A stretch of DNA of 64,000 nucleotides from Aureliella sp. (lineage in GTDB: Bacteria; Planctomycetota; Planctomycetia; Pirellulales; Pirellulaceae). Below, piece by piece: positions 58,696-64,000 of this stretch. The notes beneath the pieces are model-generated. The model worked only from the letters and a program-made list of their open reading frames with translations, was not told where the DNA came from and ran no database searches. The position numbers and the translations under genes are program-made. The stretch spans positions 2,912,001 through 2,976,000 of the forward strand of contig OY829846.1 of assembly GCA_963691875.1 (NCBI GenBank), in the 5' to 3' direction. The stretch's first letter is position 1; each line of letters begins with the position of its first letter.

Positions 58696-58927
58696 GATTC
58701 GATCTCATTGGGAAAGCAGGTAGATGAATCTGTCATCGAAATCTTGTCAGCCGATCCTCCAGCACAGCAGCCCGTTTGACTTTTCCGCAGATTATGCGTG
58801 TCTTACGCACATATCCCTGTGCTGTGGGTAAGCAATTACGAAATGACAAACTTTAGCGGCTGCACAAAGAAGGAGGCAATTTCCAATCCGTCAGTCTGCC
58901 TGAGAGATGCGGATCGCAAAACTAGGG

Positions 58928-59425
58928 TCAAGCTTTCATGACACCGCAGACGGGCGGATCCCAGTTCAGTTTCTGGTGTTCAGCGAGAAACTCGTCGAGT
59001 TTCCTCGATGCGTCTTCCGGCGTTGAAGCTTGACGGCGCATCCGCAAATCTATGTGAGCAACAACCGCTTCGTTAACTGCTGAGATGTCTTGCTTGTCCT
59101 CGTTCACCATGAATTGCAGAAGGTGATAGCGTTTAACGCTTCTCCCTATTAGTCTTGCATGCATATGGACTGTCTGGCCGACACGCACCTCAGATAAAAA
59201 CCGAGTGTGCGATTCCAGAATGAAGGTGCCGCCGTGCTGCTTGGCAATCTTCTCCCAGCCGAGGTCGATCAACTGCATAAAGCCTGTCGAACCACTGGAG
59301 AACAGATGCGTGTACCACCGAACGTTCATGTGCCCCATCTCATCAAGATAAGATACGGGAATCGTTTCGCTGTGAGTGCAGGGGAGAGTTGCGACTTGGG
59401 CAACGTTCAATTCAATTCGGGGCAT
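58928..59425 (-). CDS. Thioesterase family protein (hot-dog fold)
   Basis: 'IPVSYLDEMGHMNVRWY..LF', 'FILESHTRFLSEV'. Confidence 0.88.
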   Translation of the reverse strand: MPRIELNVAQVATLPCTHSETIPVSYLDEMGHMNVRWYTHLFSSGSTGFMQLIDLGWEKIAKQHGGTFILESHTRFLSEVRVGQTVHMHARLIGRSVKRYHLLQFMVNEDKQDISAVNEAVVAHIDLRMRRQASTPEDASRKLDEFLAEHQKLNWDPPVCGVMKA

Positions 59426-59535
59426 GTTTTGTGCTTCTCAATTGTGCTTCTCAACAATCTCAATTCGTACCCAGCTACACCGTATCGAGAGCCTCGATGC
59501 GGACAAGGCGATTTCTGCAGAATTGCTTGCGGCTT

Positions 59536-60801
59536 TCACTTCTGCAGATCAGTCCACGAGTGTTGGGCTTCATTCGCATTTGGCCGGCTGTATTCCTCCC
59601 ATTTGCCACCCTGCATTTGAGAAACAGTTTTTAGCCTTGGGCACCTTCCCCAGAGGTCGTCTAACTGCGATCTGCCTAGAGGCCCCACGAAAGAAAGATG
59701 AGAGCAGTTGACGAGCTCAACCACTTTGATGTAGTCATCTTTTGCATGAAACTGACAGCCCCACAGACTTAGGTATCTTGGCTCCGGTTTAGGATCGAGA
59801 CTCTGCAAGCTCGTGAGATCGCCAAAGGTTGCCGAAAGGTGATAGTTTGGCATATCCAACCGGGCAAGAGTTCGAAGCGAATCGGCGTCGATCGTACAAG
59901 CTTCGAGACGCACATCCAGGCCGTCAAATTGTTGAACCACAGCTGGGCTAAGATCCGAAGTGATCACTAGCCAATTTGGTGCTGCGCGAGCAATTACTTT
60001 CGCTTGCTCAGCAGTGAGGTGATTTGCGCGAACTGTGAGCCCCTGCGGTGATCCCAATTCTCGGAGCGGCACGTTTGTTTTGTCGAGCCGGAGTTCGCCT
60101 TGCCACGGACGATTCAGACGTACGATTTGTTCCTGATCTCTCTCACCGATCGTGTGAAACGTCAAGACAACATTCTGGTCCTTGCCATTCGGCGGCAATT
60201 CATTCAGCCAGTCTATCAACTCTGGCGTCAGCGAGTCCTTGCGTGTGATATGCAAATCAATGTATCTGAGACTCGCAGTAGGCACTCTTCCAAGTGGCAG
60301 TTTCGAGACATCTGTTACATCGCCAGCGATCTCTCCAAGGCAAGTCATGCAGTGTTCGCCAATACAAAACGCAAGCCAAGTCGGCAGCATGTAGCCTTCT
60401 CGATCTCGCAGCCATTCGTCGACTTCATCTGGCTGACGCGCAGAAAATCGAATTCCAGCCTCACTCATATGACTGAGGACGATCTGGCGATTCAAGAATG
60501 GAGTCATACGTCCGAGCGTCACGCAAAGCAGTGCGACAATGGTTGGCAGTACAATCGCAACTAGCCCTGTTGTGAGTTGTCCGCGCGTCTGAACGAGACG
60601 CGTGCAAGCGTAAAAAAGTAGCGTGAGGACCATGCATAATGTCACCCCCGCCAGTCGCTGTACTCCCAGCCAATTGGTCGCGAGAGCTGAAAGCAAAAGC
60701 ACTACCAGAGCCACGGTCAGCGCCGTCAGCTTGCTGCGTTTCCACGGACCTGCTGAAGTTGCAGCTTTAACAGCCTCCCGGTCCTTCACTGATGCATTCA
60801 T
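59536..60801 (-). CDS. Hypothetical membrane protein with leucine-rich-repeat-like C-terminus
   Basis: GAGG RBS, three N-terminal TM helices, then LxxLxL-like repeats. Confidence 0.65.
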   Translation of the reverse strand: MNASVKDREAVKAATSAGPWKRSKLTALTVALVVLLLSALATNWLGVQRLAGVTLCMVLTLLFYACTRLVQTRGQLTTGLVAIVLPTIVALLCVTLGRMTPFLNRQIVLSHMSEAGIRFSARQPDEVDEWLRDREGYMLPTWLAFCIGEHCMTCLGEIAGDVTDVSKLPLGRVPTASLRYIDLHITRKDSLTPELIDWLNELPPNGKDQNVVLTFHTIGERDQEQIVRLNRPWQGELRLDKTNVPLRELGSPQGLTVRANHLTAEQAKVIARAAPNWLVITSDLSPAVVQQFDGLDVRLEACTIDADSLRTLARLDMPNYHLSATFGDLTSLQSLDPKPEPRYLSLWGCQFHAKDDYIKVVELVNCSHLSFVGPLGRSQLDDLWGRCPRLKTVSQMQGGKWEEYSRPNANEAQHSWTDLQK

Positions 60802-61206
60802 GGCCTTTGTTTCCTCGGGAATAGTTTAGCAAGTTGACCCGACCACGTGACCAAAGACAGCTATACGGCAAGGCTTGCTCTTATTTGCGCAGATCGAATG
60901 CGACAGACCTCACCGTTTGCTCAATGCCAGCATCGACCAGGAAGGCTGTGATCAAAACCTGTCTGTGGACTGAGATTGTGCATGACTGCGGGTAAGTATG
61001 CTCCTGTTTTAGCTCGACGCAGGCCACAACCGGCCTTATCTCAACCCCAAACCTGAGCGAGAAAAACAAGGGAGGCCCCAAAGAAATCTGTCAGCACAGC
61101 CTGGCTTGCGCTCCGCGGCATGAAAGCAAATGCTCACCGGCCTAGACTCCATCAGCTCAATGTTGCTATAGCACACCCTGGTGCCATTTTTATCTGAGGG
61201 ACAGCC

Positions 61207-61539
61207 ATGATCGAAATCAATACAGCAGTTCAGCATTGCCTAGGGCAAAAAGAAGCCATTGCTCGAATTCACCAAATGGTTGCAACCCTCACCCAAAGAT
61301 TTCCTTCACAGGTGCATCAAGTCAATCTGCACATGAAGGACCATCGTTTTGATGTCAGCTTCGCGGCTTACGGCTACTTAGTTTCCTGGCGAGCCGAGGT
61401 TTTCGACGATCAAGTCTCCTTACTCGGATTTATTCCCGAGTCAGCAAAGCAATTCAAAGGCAAAATGGAGCAGACGGTAGTTTCGCGTCTAGAAGAAACC
61501 TTGACGCCTGATCCAATTCCAAATCTCAAGGCAGCTTAG
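61207..61539 (+). CDS. Polyhydroxyalkanoic-acid-system family (PHA_gran_rgn-like) protein
   Basis: 'HCLGQKEAIARI...F.A.G..V.....V.DDQV...G.IP..AK.FKGKMEQ.V...L' pattern; GAGG RBS. Confidence 0.65.
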   Translation: MIEINTAVQHCLGQKEAIARIHQMVATLTQRFPSQVHQVNLHMKDHRFDVSFAAYGYLVSWRAEVFDDQVSLLGFIPESAKQFKGKMEQTVVSRLEETLTPDPIPNLKAA

Positions 61540-61593
61540 CCAGTGCGATGTGCGAGCGACAAATTGTAGCCTAGCAAGCGTCGAGTCTTACTC

Positions 61594-62799
61594 TCACTTC
61601 ATGCCTTGATTGGTTAGCAAGTAAGTTCCGCTTTTGCCTGCGACAGCCAGGTCCATGTCACCGTCTTGGTCAAAGTCCTCAACCACGATCTGAAGGCCCG
61701 TTCCTACGTGCCCCTCTTCGATGATATGCCTTGTAAAGCTATTTTGCTTCTTGTCCCAGTTGTAGTAATACATGCAAGGCATTTCTTCGCCGCCGGGATC
61801 TTTTCCATTGTGGGCATAGTATCGCTTGCCCGTAATCAATTCTGGACGTCCGTCACCAGTAAGGTCAGCCCAAGCCAACGTGTGCGGTTGGCTGTATTGT
61901 TTGTCGATAAGATGCTCTTCCCATTTCGGCGTGCCTGCGGCATCCAAGCCTTGATTATGCCACCAGTACAAACCAAAATCGTGACCTTTGCCAAAGATCA
62001 AGTCATTTCTACCGTCACTGTCTAAATCTACCACAATCATCGGTAAACTAGCGTGCAAATCCCAGGCTTGGTGAAACTTCCAAGGCTGCTCCCAGGGATT
62101 CTCAGCTGGCTGCTCATACCAACCTTGGCCCACAAGCACATCCAACTTGCCATCACCACTCAAGTCACCGACGGCTAATCCGTGCCCATTGCCTTTCTCA
62201 CCGAGCGTGGCGGTTTTAAGCTCGTACTTGGCTGGTTGCGCTTTGGTTACCGCCTTCGGTGCTTTCTTAGCTAAACGCTGCACCAGCATCGGGGTATCTT
62301 TCTTCCAGCGATTGATGATCAACTCTGGAACGTTGTCGCCATCCAGGTCCTGTAGCAAGCCGCCTTCATTCTGCGCTTGCCCCGAGTCAAGCAGCAAATG
62401 TTGCTTCCAAAGCTGCCCAAGTCGCAAGCCCTTCTCGCCGGGGTTTTCGTACCAGTGAATCTCGGTCGGAATGAACGAGCCCGCAATGACATCAGGACTC
62501 CCATCTTGGTTGACATCAAAGACGTAGTCACCATTGCTTTGCACGTAGCCATTCCAATCGTCAATCTGACGCAGAGGTCGTGCTCGCCAATCTCCGTTGC
62601 GGTACCAGAATCGGCCCGCCACCAAGTCCATCTTGCCATCCTGATCTACGTCCGCCGCCGCTATACCTTCATTGGCATCGATGGCCAATCCCAACACGTC
62701 GAACTTCACTCCCGGCTCATTCGCTTGCACCAAAGTCATGCTCCCGAATATTAGAAACCCGCATAGGAAGAGAAGTGCAGATACTCGAAGGAAGTGCAT
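61594..62799 (-). CDS. FG-GAP/VCBS repeat protein (secreted)
   Basis: Signal peptide MHFLRV; repeats DVDQDGKMDLV, DVNQDGSPDVI, DLDGDNVPELI, DLSGDGKLDVL, DLDSDGRNDLI, DLTGDGRPELI, DFDQDGDMDLA. Confidence 0.9.
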   Translation of the reverse strand: MHFLRVSALLFLCGFLIFGSMTLVQANEPGVKFDVLGLAIDANEGIAAADVDQDGKMDLVAGRFWYRNGDWRARPLRQIDDWNGYVQSNGDYVFDVNQDGSPDVIAGSFIPTEIHWYENPGEKGLRLGQLWKQHLLLDSGQAQNEGGLLQDLDGDNVPELIINRWKKDTPMLVQRLAKKAPKAVTKAQPAKYELKTATLGEKGNGHGLAVGDLSGDGKLDVLVGQGWYEQPAENPWEQPWKFHQAWDLHASLPMIVVDLDSDGRNDLIFGKGHDFGLYWWHNQGLDAAGTPKWEEHLIDKQYSQPHTLAWADLTGDGRPELITGKRYYAHNGKDPGGEEMPCMYYYNWDKKQNSFTRHIIEEGHVGTGLQIVVEDFDQDGDMDLAVAGKSGTYLLTNQGMK

Positions 62800-63092
62800 A
62801 AGGTGATCCTGGAAGGAGTTGAAAGGCTGCCGAGGTAGGAAGGAACGCTGCAAGAGCACATTGAGCTGCTGATCCAGTGTGAACGCACAATCTGCCACAA
62901 GCAAGCATGAGGCATTTCCCGTAGACGAGTACGCGGGCAGCGATGTTACGGCAAAGTCTTGTATGGCATATAGGACGTGAATTCGTATAGCGTTAGCCGA
63001 AGGCGCCAGCTCAAATTGGCTTAACGGAGAAGAGCCTTTGCGCCTGAATTCGTAACCACATCCACGCGGGGGCAATGTCATGACGGATTCCG

Positions 63093-63521
63093 CTACGAGT
63101 CTCCCGCCAGATGGTCGTCGATCCAACTTTCCAGCTCATCCCAATCGACTGGCGGCAACTTGGATAGATCCGGCCGGAGTTTGACCGCTTCGTGGATGTA
63201 GACGTGATGAACTTCGTCCTGCGTCTTGTCGGTATTCCAGTGCAGTAGCACTCGAATGCACTTCTGCAGCGAACTCTCCACCGAAATCTCGTAACCGCAC
63301 AGCAGAGGCACGTTCAGCCAGCCGAGCTGCCGCGCTGCGTAAGCCGGAAACTCGGCGTCCAAGTCTTTGGTGACGGTAAACGTCGCGCTCGCGAGATCTT
63401 TCGAATCAATATCGTTGCGGCGAATCATCAGAGCTAACATCTGACGAGTCGCCTGCAGGATCTCGTCGCGAGAATTTTCGGGAACCGTCGTAGCACCTCG
63501 TACGCCTCGACAAACGCTCAT
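63093..63521 (-). CDS. aroH: Chorismate mutase, AroH class
   Basis: '[10 protein letters not shown]', '[17 protein letters not shown]', '[18 protein letters not shown]', 'HVY...A..LRPDL'. Confidence 0.93.
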   Translation of the reverse strand: MSVCRGVRGATTVPENSRDEILQATRQMLALMIRRNDIDSKDLASATFTVTKDLDAEFPAYAARQLGWLNVPLLCGYEISVESSLQKCIRVLLHWNTDKTQDEVHHVYIHEAVKLRPDLSKLPPVDWDELESWIDDHLAGDS

Positions 63522-63732
63522 GGGGGATGCCTCGTTCCTTGCCTGGGGGTAGGGGAAAGAGTGAAACACTTGAATTCACGGTCCACCGGCGGTCCTTTGC
63601 ACTGCAAATAATGCACTCCGGCGACATTGGCTTGGACCAGCTCGACCGACCGCGACTACCGTACCATATGCTGGAGCGTTACCATATGAGTCTCAGGAAT
63701 TTTGAGATCCGCACTTTCTCGACGCAACCAAA

Positions 63733-64000
63733 ATGGACGAATCCCAGGCCGATTCCGGCTTTGATCCCAAGGAATACGCGATACTGATCGTCGACAACGA
63801 TCACGCCCACGCCCGAGCGATGACGGACAGCTTGGAGCGTGTCGGCTTCCGCTGCACCGTTGCAACCAGCGGTCCCGAGGGAATTAAGCAGATCGAGAAG
63901 AACATGTTTCATGTCGTTGTTACCGACTTGGTGATGAACGAAAAAGATGGCATGGAAGTTCTGCAAAAGGCGAAGTCCTCGTTGCCAGACTGCGAGGTGG
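63733..64000 (+). CDS. Response regulator receiver domain (3'-truncated; probably NtrC-type)
   Basis: My translation: MDESQADSGFDPKEYAILIVDNDHAHARAMTDSLERVGFRCTVATSGPEGIKQIEKNMFHVVVTDLVMNEKDGMEVLQKAK..., running off the window end. Confidence 0.88.
   Translation, partial: MDESQADSGFDPKEYAILIVDNDHAHARAMTDSLERVGFRCTVATSGPEGIKQIEKNMFHVVVTDLVMNEKDGMEVLQKAKSSLPDCEV

Overview
Chromosomal segment of a Planctomycetota bacterium (Pirellulales-like). This is inferred from DUF1559 proteins, PVC-type CxxCH dehydrogenase-like proteins, a LExRxxxA-leader protein, a sulfatase and a long SecA. Housekeeping genes are gyrB, secA, waaA and aroH. The rest is mostly secreted or periplasmic enzymes (tricorn-like S41 protease, FG-GAP/zincin protein, sulfatase, diheme peroxidase-family protein, thioredoxin). 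The window opens in the 3' end of a Wadjet JetC-like SMC ATPase and closes in a response-regulator receiver domain. The top finding is a hidden selenoprotein (minus strand, 2788..1313) that the ORF track splits in two. It has an in-frame TGA in a deiodinase-like FGCLT-U-PPF (CxxU) motif, a SECIS-like hairpin right after it, and a fused DsbD-N-like Cys-x6-Cys domain. Other notable items are an orphan Dnmt2-like C5 methyltransferase, an ATPase-less three-gene HlyD/M50-protease export cluster, a SecA with a five-fold repeated wing-like module, a non-canonical (MauG/MbnH-like) diheme protein next to a beta-propeller gene, a stand-alone WYL protein and several interrupted genes. No rRNA, convincing tRNA, CRISPR array or transposase was seen. 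All family calls come from motif recognition by eye, not database searches.
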